Shown here: positions 1-10,600 of the stretch, one piece after another | Position numbering within the stretch: the first letter of the stretch is position 1 | Layout of the letters: each line of letters opens with the position of its first letter | Source of the DNA: an uncultured Dehalococcoidia bacterium | GTDB lineage: Bacteria; Chloroflexota; Dehalococcoidia; Lucifugimonadales; GCA-2712585 | Assembly (NCBI GenBank): GCA_958295715.1 | Contig: OY282371.1 | Location: forward strand, 875,183-939,182 | Direction: 5' to 3' | Length of the DNA stretch: 64,000 nucleotides | The notes under the pieces: model-generated | Database searches by the model: none | Told to the model about the DNA's origin: nothing | Seen by the model: the letters and a program-made list of their open reading frames with translations, nothing else | Position numbers and translations under genes: made by a program

Positions 1-241
1 GCGTGCGCTCTCCCGCCTCAACTTGCCTTTCATAGTCAATGGACGAATTGCGAGGGTAGTCATACGTGGCATTATAGTCCCCATCGGTCTCGTTGGCAGG
101 GCGCAAGCGATACAGAGCCTTGAGCAGTGCGGTCTTGCCCGCCTCGTTCTTTCCAACGAGGCATGTTATATCCCCGATACCGAACTCCGTTGAATCCTGA
201 ATGCTCTGGAAATCAGTAATTCGGACTCTCGTTAGCTTCAT
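1..241 (-). CDS. P-loop NTPase, N-terminal ~80 aa only (SMC/ABC/OLD-family-like ATPase); the gene continues past the window start
   Basis: Absent from the ORF track because it runs off the window. My reverse-strand translation from ATG (241-239) reads MKLTRVRITDFQSIQDSTEFGIGDITCLVGKNEAGKTALLKALYRLRPANETDGDYNATYDYPRNSSIDYERQVEAGER. Walker A GKNEAGKT lies ~30 aa from the N-terminus after an 'RIxxFxSI' strand, as in ABC/OLD-type ATPases. The start overlaps the stop of the upstream ORF as ATGA (241-238). Confidence 0.6.
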   Translation of the reverse strand, partial: MKLTRVRITDFQSIQDSTEFGIGDITCLVGKNEAGKTALLKALYRLRPANETDGDYNATYDYPRNSSIDYERQVEAGERT

Positions 242-537
242 GCCTCCATCCTTATGAGAACAGGATTGAAGTTGTCTGACCCTGTGTCGTAACTATCGTC
301 CGCCAGCGCCGGCAAGTCAAGCTCCCCCACACGGACCTCACCGGTCATCAGCTTGTGAAGCAGGGCCTTGAACAGTTCCTCGAGCACAGAGCGTTTCCTC
401 TCTGCTTGGCTGATTCCCGCATATACGAGCCAAAGGAGATTGGCAATCTGCCGTTGTTCATCGAATGTGGCTGCTGGAGCTTCAAATTCGCGTATGGGCG
501 GCGATGGCGTTGAGCCACGCGCCGGGGCGTCCGGCAA
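238..537 (-). pseudogene. hsdS: Type I restriction-modification specificity subunit (HsdS) C-terminal remnant, 99 aa, no target-recognition domain
   Basis: The translation contains FDEQRQIANLLWLVYAGISQAERKRSVLEELFKALLHKLMTGEVRVGELDL. This matches the conserved C-terminal coiled-coil region of HsdS ('EQxxIAxxL...L..LLTGxxRV'). A full HsdS is ~400 aa with two TRDs; only the last conserved helix is present here, and the upstream space is occupied by the GLUG gene ending at 557. Confidence 0.55.
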
Positions 538-556
538 CTGCGCCCCCCCCGGCTGG

Positions 557-2434
557 CTACTGGCTGCCGAATTCCTGGGAGGTTGGCGTTCCGTCGCCGT
601 TGAAGTCGGCTTTGAGGGCCGGGTACCGGTTGGGGCCTCCGAAGTCCCAGAAGTCCCCGTTCTGGTCCCAGGCGGCGTATATGCCGGTGTATCCCGCGGG
701 TGACTGGAGTTCGGACGTGGTTCTGCCTTCGGCGCCGCCGGACGGCCCGTAGCCCACCGCGTCGGGCTGTCCCGTGGCCTGGGTGTCCCAGTAGGCCGCG
801 TTGATAGCGTGGGCGTTCTCGTTCTCGCCTATCAGCCCGCCGGCGACGCTCTCGCCGGAGACGCCGCCCGAGGCGTAGCTGGCGCTGATGGGGCCGTTGT
901 TCCAACCGACGAGGCCGCCAATCCTGATTATGCCGCTCACGTCGCCTGCGGCGTAACTTGACATAATCGCCCCGGCGCCCTGGTCCAGCAGGTTCTCGCC
1001 CACCAGCCCGCCGGTGTCCCTCTCGCCGGCCACGTCGCCCGTGGCGTAACTTGCGCTGATAATGCCCTGGTTCTCGCCCACCAGCCCGCCGCTGTCGTCG
1101 TTGCCGCTCACGGCCCCTGAGGAGTAGCTTGCGCTGATGGTTCCGTGCCTGTCGTTGTTGCCCACCAGCCCGCCGACGCGATGGTTGGCGTGGACCTCGC
1201 CCAGGGCGTAGCTCGCGGTAATGACGCCGTTGTTTCTTCCGACCAGGCCGCCGCTGTTGTCGATGCCCAGCATGTTTCCGGTGGCGTAGCTTGAGGATAT
1301 GGTCCCGTCGTTCCATCCGGCCAGGCCGCCGGCCCCGATGTCGCCGGACACCTCGCCGGTGGCGTAGCTTGCGCTAATCGCGCCGCTGCTGCGGTTGATT
1401 CCAATCAGTCCTCCGATGCGATGCCTGCCGGAGACTTTGGCCGCGCTGTAGCTGCCGCTAACATGGTCGTAGTTGACGCCGGTCAGCCCGCCGATGTCGT
1501 CGCCCGGCCCCGACACCACGCCGCTGGAGTAGCTGCCGCTGATGGGCCCCTGGTTGAGGCCGACCAGTCCACCGACAAGGTCGCTGCCCGTGACCTCGGC
1601 CTCGGCGTAGCTGTCGCTGATATCACCGAAGTTGAGGGCGGCCAGTCCGCCGGCGACCCTGGCGCCCCCGATGGACACCTTGCCGGCGAAGTTGCTGCCG
1701 CGTATGGAGCCGTAGTTGACTGAAACCAGACCTCCTCCGACGTTGGCCTTGCCGGACACCTCACCTTGGGCGTAACTCCGGCTAATGGAGCCCCGGTTAG
1801 TCCCGACAAGGCCTCCGGAATCTCTGAATCCGGACACGGCGCCTGTCACGTAGCTCTCGCTGATTGCGCCAAAGTTGAATCCAACCAGGCCGCCCACGTT
1901 ACTTCCAGCCTTTATCCGGACGTTCACCACGCCAAGGCTGTGGGCCTCGCCTGATATCCCCCCGAACAGGCCGGCGTCGTTCCGGTTTGGATGGTCGATG
2001 AACAGGTTGGATATGGCGTTGCCGCCGCCGCCGAACACGGCTGAGAAGGGGGAGTCGGCGCCGCCGAGGGGCAGCCAGCCGCTTCCCTGAGTCCACGTGG
2101 GGTTGACCGCGCCGGACGCGTAGCTGGCGGGGTTGTTGAAGTCGAGACCGCGCGCCAGTTCGTAGCCCAAGCAGACGCTGCCGGGGCAGCCCATGCCGTC
2201 GGCGGCGTCCGGGAAGGCGGACTCGTAGGCGCCGGCGTTATCGGAATTGTCCACCTCGCCGTCGCCATCCAAGTCCCACCGGATGGCGTTCAACTGCTCC
2301 AGGTTGGACACCTCGATAAGCGCGTCGTCGTCAAGGTCGTAGTCGCTCGACCCGGCGCCGGCGCAGCCGACGACCGTCAAGGATGCCAGCATCGCCAGCG
2401 CAACGACTGAGAGTGCGAGTCTACTTGGCTTCAT
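557..2434 (-). CDS. Secreted lipoprotein with ~20 GLUG-motif repeats (GLUG/adhesin-like repeat protein), 625 aa
   Basis: ORF track. The N-terminus MKPSRLALSVVALAMLASLTVVGCAG is a signal peptide with a lipobox Cys. AGGAG lies upstream of the ATG. '(I/V)GGLVG.N.G.I..SYA.G.V.G' repeats every ~20-25 aa. A conserved N-terminal module (NLEQLNAIRWDLDGDG...GCPGSVCLGYEL) and a C-terminal module (YWDTQATG...ELQSP..YTGIY..WD) are shared with the paralog at 60731-63079. Confidence 0.8.
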   Translation of the reverse strand: MKPSRLALSVVALAMLASLTVVGCAGAGSSDYDLDDDALIEVSNLEQLNAIRWDLDGDGEVDNSDNAGAYESAFPDAADGMGCPGSVCLGYELARGLDFNNPASYASGAVNPTWTQGSGWLPLGGADSPFSAVFGGGGNAISNLFIDHPNRNDAGLFGGISGEAHSLGVVNVRIKAGSNVGGLVGFNFGAISESYVTGAVSGFRDSGGLVGTNRGSISRSYAQGEVSGKANVGGGLVSVNYGSIRGSNFAGKVSIGGARVAGGLAALNFGDISDSYAEAEVTGSDLVGGLVGLNQGPISGSYSSGVVSGPGDDIGGLTGVNYDHVSGSYSAAKVSGRHRIGGLIGINRSSGAISASYATGEVSGDIGAGGLAGWNDGTISSSYATGNMLGIDNSGGLVGRNNGVITASYALGEVHANHRVGGLVGNNDRHGTISASYSSGAVSGNDDSGGLVGENQGIISASYATGDVAGERDTGGLVGENLLDQGAGAIMSSYAAGDVSGIIRIGGLVGWNNGPISASYASGGVSGESVAGGLIGENENAHAINAAYWDTQATGQPDAVGYGPSGGAEGRTTSELQSPAGYTGIYAAWDQNGDFWDFGGPNRYPALKADFNGDGTPTSQEFGSQ

Positions 2435-2561
2435 GTCAGGCTCCTTTTTTGTTGCCGCGCAGGGCCGGCTGGCTGGGAGCGGTTCCCCCCGATTTCGCGG
2501 TTGATTATAAACCGTGGGTTGAGGGTCGTAAAGCGTGGGCCTTCCCCGCGTGGCGGTCCGG

Positions 2562-2729
2562 TCAGTAAACTATCGCGGCGATGATGGCCGCCGCAGCCAT
2601 TACGCCCAGGGCCGCCGCCGTCAGGACGGCGCTTTCGATTCCCACGGCTGCGACGTACAGAAGCGGGAAGTCAACGGCCATGACCGCCGGCGCCGCATGG
2701 CGCAGAACGGCCCTGCTGACGAGCTTCAT
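2562..2729 (-). CDS. 55-aa hydrophobic microprotein translationally coupled to the permease gene
   Basis: The last 55 codons of the spurious 623-aa track ORF read MKLVSRAVLRHAAPAVMAVDFPLLYVAAVGIESAVLTAAALGVMAAAAIIAAIVY. ATG is at 2729-2727, GGGAGG lies 4 nt upstream (2739-2734), and there is an ATGA overlap with the lctP-like stop (2729-2726). The sequence contains two hydrophobic helices. Confidence 0.5.
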   Translation of the reverse strand: MKLVSRAVLRHAAPAVMAVDFPLLYVAAVGIESAVLTAAALGVMAAAAIIAAIVY

Positions 2730-4381
2730 CTCGCCTCCCAAGGCCGGGTCAGGAGCAGGGCCTGTAGTCCCACCAGCAGCGCGATGCCCAGGCAGTAGGG
2801 GACGGTGCGCCGCAAAACGCGGCCCTCCTGGCCGGACAGCCCGACGACGGCCGTTCCCACCAGGACCTTGGCGGGGGCGATGGACGACCCCAGGGAGCCG
2901 CCGATGGATTGCACGCTGGCCACGGTGACGGCGTTGACCCCCAGGGCCGAGGCCGCCTGGATCTGGAGGGCGCCGAACATGACGTTGGAGTTGGTGTTGC
3001 TGCCCGTCATGAAGGAGCCGAGGACGCCGATGTAGGGCGAGAACAGGGGGAAGCTCCAGCCTGCGCCGGTGGCTATGGCGCTGCCCAGGAGGGCGGTCAT
3101 GCCCGTGTCTGTCATTACGAGGGCCATCATTAGCATCATGGGGATTGCCACGCTTGCGCGGACGCATCTTTTTAGGGTGCCCCTGGCGGCCCGCACTCCG
3201 GTTCCGGGCCTCCACCGGCCCATAAGCAGGTAGACCAGATAGGTGGCTATCAGGGAGATGAGGATGAGCGGGGCCGGGTGCCTCAGAAGGGTTATCCTGG
3301 CGTAGTCCTCGCGTCCTTCGACCTGGAAGCCCAGGGCCGTTTGCGCGGCGGGGTAGTCCAAGCCCCATTGCAGGCCGGCGCCGAGTTCCCTTATGGCCGG
3401 TATCTGCGTCAGCACGCTGAGGAGCAGAATCAGGTAGTAGGGGAGGAAGGCTAGATGGAAGCCGGGGCCTTTGCCCGCTTGCTCCGGCTCCGGCTGTTGT
3501 TCCGCCGTGGGGATTCCGGCCTCCTCTGGGGCCATGACCGGGGCCGCTTCCGGCTCCGCCTCCGGCTCCGGATGTCCCGCGCCTCGGTAAAAGGGAAGGG
3601 TCCGGCTGAGCAGCCACACGGCGGCGCATCCCACAAGTCCCGACACGATGGAGGCTATCTGGGGCGCGCCGATGGTCGCCATTAGCCACATGCTGAATCC
3701 CATGACTGCGCCGGCCATTAGAATGAGGGGCGCGCCGCGCCGCGCCGAGGCCATTCCTCCCTGAATGTGGGCCACGGCGAAGCCGGAGGCCAGGATGGGC
3801 AGGATGAAGAGCAGGGCCATGCGCGGGCCTATCTCTTCGCCGGGGATGCCGGTGACCAGTTGGATGGTGTAGAAAGATGACCCCAGGGAGCCGAAGGACA
3901 CGGCCCAGGCGTGGCCGACCAGAACGATGGCGGCGGCCCGGGCCGGCGTGAAGCCCGCGAAGACTAGGAGGGGGGCGGCCACGGCCACGGGAACGCCGAA
4001 GCCCGTCATCCCCTGCATGAAGCCGGGGAAGGCCCAGCCCACCAGCAGCGCGAGGGCCAGCGGCTCCCGCGCGAGGCGCGTCATGGTGGAGCCGATGACC
4101 GTGATGCCGCCGAGCTGGTCGATGACGTTGTACAGCAGCACGGCCATCCAGATGATGGATAGGACGAACAGGCTGAGGCTCAGGCCCTTGGCGCTTCCCA
4201 TTCCCAGCAGGACCACGTCGGCGCCAAAGAAGAAGAAGCCCGCCGACGCGGCTATCAGCCATGCCACCGCCCCGGCCTTGGGCGCGCTCCACCGGAGGGC
4301 CAGGATGGCGGCCATCAACGCCAGGATGGGCAGGAAGGCCAGCGCTACGTTGGCCGGGCTGAGTTCCGGGCCGCCTGTCAC
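2726..4381 (-). CDS. lctP: L-lactate/glycolate permease family (LctP) transporter, 551 aa
   Basis: ORF track. A polytopic membrane protein with LctP-family features (AFLPILALM..., GWAFPGFMQGMTGFGVPVAVAAPLLV, VLVGHAWAVSFGSLGSSF, SPYIGVLGSFMTGSNTNSNVMFG..Q). GTG start with GGAGAA upstream. It carries an acidic Pro/Glu-rich insertion (HPEPEAEPEAAPVMAPEEAGIPTAEQQPEPEQ) in the central loop. Confidence 0.85.
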   Translation of the reverse strand: MTGGPELSPANVALAFLPILALMAAILALRWSAPKAGAVAWLIAASAGFFFFGADVVLLGMGSAKGLSLSLFVLSIIWMAVLLYNVIDQLGGITVIGSTMTRLAREPLALALLVGWAFPGFMQGMTGFGVPVAVAAPLLVFAGFTPARAAAIVLVGHAWAVSFGSLGSSFYTIQLVTGIPGEEIGPRMALLFILPILASGFAVAHIQGGMASARRGAPLILMAGAVMGFSMWLMATIGAPQIASIVSGLVGCAAVWLLSRTLPFYRGAGHPEPEAEPEAAPVMAPEEAGIPTAEQQPEPEQAGKGPGFHLAFLPYYLILLLSVLTQIPAIRELGAGLQWGLDYPAAQTALGFQVEGREDYARITLLRHPAPLILISLIATYLVYLLMGRWRPGTGVRAARGTLKRCVRASVAIPMMLMMALVMTDTGMTALLGSAIATGAGWSFPLFSPYIGVLGSFMTGSNTNSNVMFGALQIQAASALGVNAVTVASVQSIGGSLGSSIAPAKVLVGTAVVGLSGQEGRVLRRTVPYCLGIALLVGLQALLLTRPWEAR

Positions 4382-4535
4382 AGCGGGTTCTCCCAGGACG
4401 CCGCGCGCCGGGCGGCGCAGGGAGCCGCGGCATCGTCTAGGCAGGTGGCCCTATGCCAAAGGAAAGGTGACATTTCGCGATATCACAACTCCAGGGCAGA
4501 CTTTGAGAACTATGGCATACCCCAGGGTGGATTCT

Positions 4536-4564
4536 ACTATACTCAGGCCCCGAACATCGCTCAA
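4536..4564 (-). promoter_or_regulatory. Candidate sigma70-type promoter for the lctP-like operon (TTGAGC-17 nt-TATAGT)
   Basis: Reverse strand: TTGAGC (4564-4559), a 17-nt spacer, then TATAGT (4541-4536). It lies ~150 nt upstream of the GTG start at 4381 and just downstream of the giant gene stop. Motif match only. Confidence 0.3.
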
Positions 4565-4613
4565 GCCGGACCTTGGCGACCTTCACCGGCAGGCCGGCAA
4601 CCCTATGCAGGCA

Positions 4614-7600
4614 TCATATAAACCGTATAAGCCCCAGCTTCCAGGCAAAAACCGCTCCGGCCGTCAGCGCCGCCGTTCCCGCCACCCCTAATGTCACAAC
4701 CGTCGCCAAGAACAGTGGGGAGAAGCCGTCCGGCTCCTCCGGGGCGGGTGATATTGTTGGCGTGGCTGTCGGGGTTGGAGTTGGCGCGGCCGTAGGTGTG
4801 GGGGATGGCGTGGCTGTGGGGGTTGGAGTTGGCGTGGCCGTAGGCGTGGGGGATGGCGCGGCCGTTGGTGTGGGAGTTGGCGTGGCGGTAGGCGTGGGGG
4901 ACGGCGTAGGCGTTGGTGTAGGAGTTGGCGTGGCCGTGGGCGTGGGGGATGGCGTGGGCGTGGGCGCAGGAGTTGGAGTGGGCGCAGGTGTGGGGGATGG
5001 CGTTGGCGCAGGCGTGGGTGTAGGAGTTGGCGTTGGCGCAGGCTGGGCGTCGGTGAGGGTGATGGTGGCGGCGGTGACGGAGAAGCCGGCGCTGGATCCC
5101 TCAACCAGGATGGTCTCGGTCCCCTCGCTGATGGCGTCGTCTATGGGCGTGACCATTAGGATGGCCGCGCCGCTGGACTCGGTGGCTCCGATGGTGACGT
5201 TGGCGGCGGCCCCGAAGTAGTCGGCGCCGGGGGTGGCGGTTCCGGAGAAGCTGATGGTGACGAGGGTGTCCTCATCGCGGGTTGTTTCTCCGTCGAGGGT
5301 CGCGGTGACGGTGACGTCTGTCGCGCCGTCGGACTCGAACAGGGCGGCGGGGTCCACCGAGAGGGTGATGACGGGGTCGTCGTCGTCGGCGATGGTGGTG
5401 GTCACCGACCTCACGTCGCCGAGGGCCGGGGGCGCTCCTCCTCCGCCCCTGGGAATGGAAATGGCGAAGGTGAAGTCCTCGCCGGTTCCCTCATCTATCT
5501 CGTCATCTGTGGTCTGGACTTCAACGGTCTTGGGGCCGGCGGCGGCGCTGGTGAAGGTGAGGGTTCCGGCTGCTGTTGTGTAGTCATCGCCGGCGGTGGC
5601 CGTTCCGTCGGCGGTGGCGTAGCTGACGGTGAGGTCGGCGGTGGGGATGACCCCGGCGGGCGAGAGGGAGACGGTGTAGATGGCGACGTTCCCCTCGTCC
5701 ACCGACTCGGAGCCAGACACCCTTAGGGTGACGGGGTCGCTCGGGCCAATGGTCACCGTCACGGGGTTGGTGAAGACGGCGATGTCTTCCGACGACGCGT
5801 TTGTGACCTTGCCTAGAGCCACGGTGAACCTCTCCACCGGCTCCGACAGGTTGTCGTCGGTGATGGAGATCGAGAAGGACTTTGTGGCGCTTTGGCGAGA
5901 GTTGGCGGCAAAGGTCACGGAGCCGGAGGCCGCGCCGTAGTCGCTCGCCGAGGCCGTTCCCGCCGTCGCAGACCACGCCACAGTGACCTTGCCGTCGACC
6001 TTGTGGGACAGGGTGATGGTGAAGGACGCAGCTTGGCCCTCGGCCACGCTCTGCCTCCCGGGGGAGAGGGTCAGCCCGGGCAGGTAGCCGTCGGACAGGT
6101 GGGGTATCTCGGGAGGTCTGGGTCTAGGCGGGTCGGGGGGGTCGTCCGGGGCGTCGTTGTCGGTTAGGATGATGATGGCGGGACTTATAGTCAAGCCCGC
6201 GTCCGGGGTGGTGTAGCCGCCGATGACGATGGTCTCGGTTCCCTCCGCCTCATCGTCGTCTATGGGTATGAATGTGAGGGTGGAGGTTGCGCTGGACGTC
6301 CCGGCGCTGATGATGATGGCGGTGGTCGTCGCGTTATAGTCTGCGCCAAGGGTGGCGGTTCCCGAATAGGTAATAGTGATGGCGGTGGTCGTCGCGGCGT
6401 AGTCGGCGCCTGAGAGGGTGGCAATGACGGTGACGGTGGTGGCGCCGTCGGACTCGTTGATGGAGGTGGGGTGCGCCGAGAGGGTTATGCCCGTGGGGGT
6501 GGCGTCACCGTCGTTGTCGTTGAGGGTGACGGTGGCTGAGGACACCGCCAAGCCTGAGGCGGTGGACCCCTCGACCACGATGGTCTCGTTCCCCTCGACG
6601 AGGGAGTCGTCTATGGGCGTGATGGTGAAGGCGCCCGAGCCGCTGGACGCTCCCGCGCTGATGGTGATGGCGGTGGTCGTCGCTGTGTAGTCGTCGCCGA
6701 GGGTGGCGGTTCCCCCCAGGGAGATGGTGACGGGGATGCTCGTCGCTGTGTAGTCGGCGCCGCCGAGGGTGGCGGTGACGGTGACGTTGGTGGCGGCGTC
6801 GGACTCGCCGATGGAAGTGGGGTTCACCGAGAGGGTTATGCCCGTGGGGGTGGCGTCGCCGTCGTTGTCGGAGAGGGTGATGGTGGCGGAGCTTACCGTC
6901 AAGCCGGCGCCCGCCGGGGTGGACCCGTCGACCACGATGGTCTCGTTGCCCTCTACCGTGGCGTCGTCTATGGGCGTGATGGCGAAGGTGGCGGAGCCGC
7001 TGGACATTCCCGCGCTGATGGTGATGTCTGTGGGCGTCGCGGTGTAGTCGTCGCCGAGGGTGGCGGTTCCCGAGAGGGAGATGGAAACAGAGGTGTCGGT
7101 GGCGCGGGTGGTGTCGCCGCCCAGAGTGGCGGTCACGGTGACGTTCGTGGCGGCGTCCCCCTCGGCGAGGGTGGCGGTGTCCACCGAGAGGGTGACGTCC
7201 GTGGGGGCCGCGTCGTCGTCGGTGATGGTGACCGAGGCGCTGCCTGTGGACGCCGACACGGAGACGCGGGCGGAGAGGGTGGAGGTGATGGAGCCCAAGG
7301 CCACGCTGAAGCTTTCCGATGCCTCCGAAAGGCTGTCGTCGGTGATAGAGATGGTGAAGGTCTTGGTGGCCCCGGCGGCTGAGTTGGCGGTGAAGGAGAC
7401 GGAGCCTGAACCCGTGCCGTAGTCGGCGGCCACGGCGGTTCCCGCGGAGGCCGACCAGGCGACGGATACGGCGGCGTCGACGGCGTGAGAGAGGGTGACG
7501 GTGAAAGAGGCGCTGGCCCCCTCGGCGACGTTGGCGGCGGGGCCTGAGATGGAGAGGGTGGCGTTGTCGTCGTCGGTGAGAGAGAGGGTGGCGGAGGAGA

Positions 7601-10600
7601 CGGAGAGTCCTACGCCCGACGCGGTGGATCCCTCGACGATGATAGACTCGTTGCCCTCGACTACGGCGTCGGAGGTGGGGGTGACGGCTAGGGTGGCGGT
7701 TCCCGAAGCCGAGCCTGCGGAGATAGTGACGTTGGCGGGGGTGGCCGAATAGTCGTCGGTTCCCGAGGCGGTTCCTGCGAGAGTGATAGTGACGAGGGTG
7801 TCCGTGGCGCGAGTTGTGGAGCCGTCGAGGGTGGCGGTGACGGTGAGGTTGGTTGCGGAGTCCGACTCGCCGATGGAGGCGTGGCTGAGGGATAGGGACA
7901 CGTCTGAGGGGGCCGAGTCGTCGTCGGTGATGGTGGTGGAGACCGACGTGACTGAGCCCAGGGAAGGTGAAGGCCCGCCGCCGCCTGAGGGGCCGGAGAT
8001 AGAGAAGGTGAAGCCCTCGCCGGCGCCCTCGTCAATGACGTCATCGGTCGTCTGGACCTCCACGGTCTGGGAGCCGGCGGCACTGCTGGTGAAAGTCAAC
8101 GTGCCTGAAGCTGCCGTGTAGTCGCTGGCGTAAGCGGTCCCGTGGGCGGTGGCGTAGGAGACGGTGAGGTCCGAGGTGGGTGTGACGCCTGAGGGGGAGA
8201 GGGACACGGTGTAAGTGGCCTTGGCCCCCTCGTTGACCGATGAGGGTCCAGAGAGGTTGACGGTGATGGGGTCGGAGGCCGAGATGGTGACGTCGCTGGA
8301 GGCGGCCGTGGCCGACAGGGACACCCTTGCCGAGAGCGTGGAGGTGATGGCGCCAAGGGCGACGGAAAAGGCCTCGGAGGTCTCCGAGAGGTCGTCGTTG
8401 ACGATGGCGACGGTGAAGGTCTTGGTGGAGTTGGCGGCTGAGTTGGCGGTGAAGGAGACGGAGCCTGAGGAGGTTGAATCGTAGTCGGCGGCGACGGCGG
8501 TGTCTGCGGAAGCTGCCCAGGCTACGGAGACGGCGGCGTCGACGGCGTGAGAGAGGGTGACGGTGAAGGACGCGTTGTTACCCTCGGCGACGTTGGCTGA
8601 GGGACCTGAGATGGAGAGAGTTGCGTTGTCGTCGTCGGTGATGGTGAGGGTGGCTGAGGAGACCGTCAATCCGACCCCCGAAGTCGTCGTGCCCTGCACG
8701 ATGATAGTCTCGTTGCCCTCGACTATGGCGTCGGAGGTGGGGGTGACGGCGAAGGTGGCGGTTCCCGAGGCGTCGCCTGCGGAGATGGTGACGTTGGCGG
8801 GGGTGGCGGCGTAGTCGTCGGTTCCCGATGCGGTTCCCCCGAGAGTGACGGTCACCAGGGTGTCGGTGGCGCGGGTAGTGGAGCCGTCGAGGGTGGCGGT
8901 GACGGTGACGTTGGTTGCGGAGTCCGACTCGCCGATGGAGGTGGAACTGAGGGATAGGGACACGTCAGTGGGGGCCGAGTCGTCGTCGGTGATGGTGGTG
9001 GACACCGACGTGACGGTTCCCAGGGTTGGGGTAGGCCCGCCTCCGCCCGAGGGTGAGGAGATAGAGAAGGAGAAGCCCTCGCCTGCTCCTTCGTCGATGA
9101 CGTCCTGTGTGGTCTGGACCTCCACGGTCTGGGAGCCTGAGGCGGCGTTGGTGAAGGTGAGGGTGCCTGATTTGGCGGTGTAGTCACCGGCGCCGGCCGT
9201 GCCGTGGGCGGTGGCGTAGTTGACGGTGAGGTCCGAGGTGGGGGTGACGCCCGAGGGAGATAGGGATACGGTGTAAGTGGCCTTGGCCCCCTCGTTGACC
9301 GATGAGGGTCCCGAGAGGTTGACGGTGATGGGGTCTGAGGCGGAGATGGTGACGTCGCTGGAGGCCGCCGTGGCCGACAGGGAGACGCGAGCGGAGAGGG
9401 TGCTGGTGATGGCGCCGAGGGCCACGCTGAAGGCCTCGGAGGTCTCCGACAGGTCGTCGTTGACGATGGCGACGGTGAAGGTCTTGGTGGAGTTGGCGGC
9501 GGAATTGGCGGTGAAGGAGACGGAGCCTGAGGAGGTGGAATCGTAGTCGGCGGCGACGGCGGTGTCTGCGGAGGCCGCCCAGGCTACGGAGACGGCGGCG
9601 TCTACGGCGTGGGAAAGAGTGACGGTGAAAGAGGCGTTGTTTCCCTCGGCGACGTTGGCGGATGGGCCAGAGATGGAGAGAGTGGCGTTGTCGTCGTCGG
9701 TGATGGTGAGGGTGGCGGAGGAGACGGAGAGTCCCACGCCCGAAGTCGTCGTGCCCTGGACGATGATAGTCTCGTTGCCCTCTACGACGGCGTCGCTTGT
9801 GGGGGTGACGGCGAAGGTGGCGGTTCCCGAGGCGTCGCCTGCGGAGATAGTGACGTTGGCTGGGGTGGCCGAGTAGTCGGCGGTTCCCGAGGCGGTTCCC
9901 CCGAGAGTGACGGTGACCAGGGTGTCCGTGGCGCGGGTGGTGGAGCCGTCGAGGGTGGCGGTGACGGTGAGGTTGGTTGCCGAGTCCGACTCACCGATGG
10001 AGGTGGAACTGAGAGAGAGGGACACGTCGGTGGGGGCCGAATCGTCGTCGGTGATAGTGGTGGAGACGGACGTGACCGTTCCCAGGGTTGGGGTAGGCCC
10101 GCCGCCGCCCGAGGGTCCTGAGATAGAGAAGGTGAATGCCTCGCCCGCGCCCTCGTCAATGACGTCATCAGTGGTCTGGACCTCGACGGTCTGGGAGCCT
10201 GGGGCGGCGTTGGTGAAAGTGAGGGTGCCTGATTTGGCGGTGTAGTCGTCGGCGCCGGCTGTGCCGTGGGCGGTGGCGTAGTTGACGGTGAGGTCTGATG
10301 TGGGGGTGACGCCCGAGGGGGAGAGAGAGACGGTGTAAGTGGCCTTGGCCCCCTCGTTGACGTCGGAGGGGCCTGAGAGGTTGATAGTGATGGGGTCGCT
10401 GGCTGCAATGGTGACGTCGCTGGAGGCCGCCGTGGCCGATAGGGACACCCTTGCCGACAGCGTGGAAGTGATGGCGCCAAGAGCCACGCTGAAGTCCTCT
10501 GAAGTCTCGGATAGGTCGTCGTTGATGATGGCGACGGTGAAGGTCTTGGTGGAGTTGGCCGCGGAATTGGCGGTGAAGCTGACCGACCCGGAAGCGGTTG

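Noticed and set aside
348-2268. 322-aa Arg-rich ORF (348-1316) and other short ORFs overlapping the GLUG lipoprotein gene
   Set aside because: These are off-frame or antisense shadows of the 625-aa GLUG protein, which has a signal peptide, lipobox, RBS and a paralog. The shadows are low-complexity Arg/Pro/Gly strings.
2562-4433. 623-aa Arg/Pro/Gly-rich ORF overlapping the permease gene
   Set aside because: It is an alternative frame of the clearly recognisable LctP-family CDS, with composition typical of off-frame GC-rich sequence. Only its last 55 codons (2562-2729), which lie downstream of the permease stop, are kept as a candidate microprotein.
4573-5220. 215-aa '[13 protein letters not shown]' ORF on the plus strand
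   Set aside because: It is the antisense of the Pro/Thr linker of the giant protein, so the glycine/valine repeat is simply the complement of (ACN/CCN) codons.
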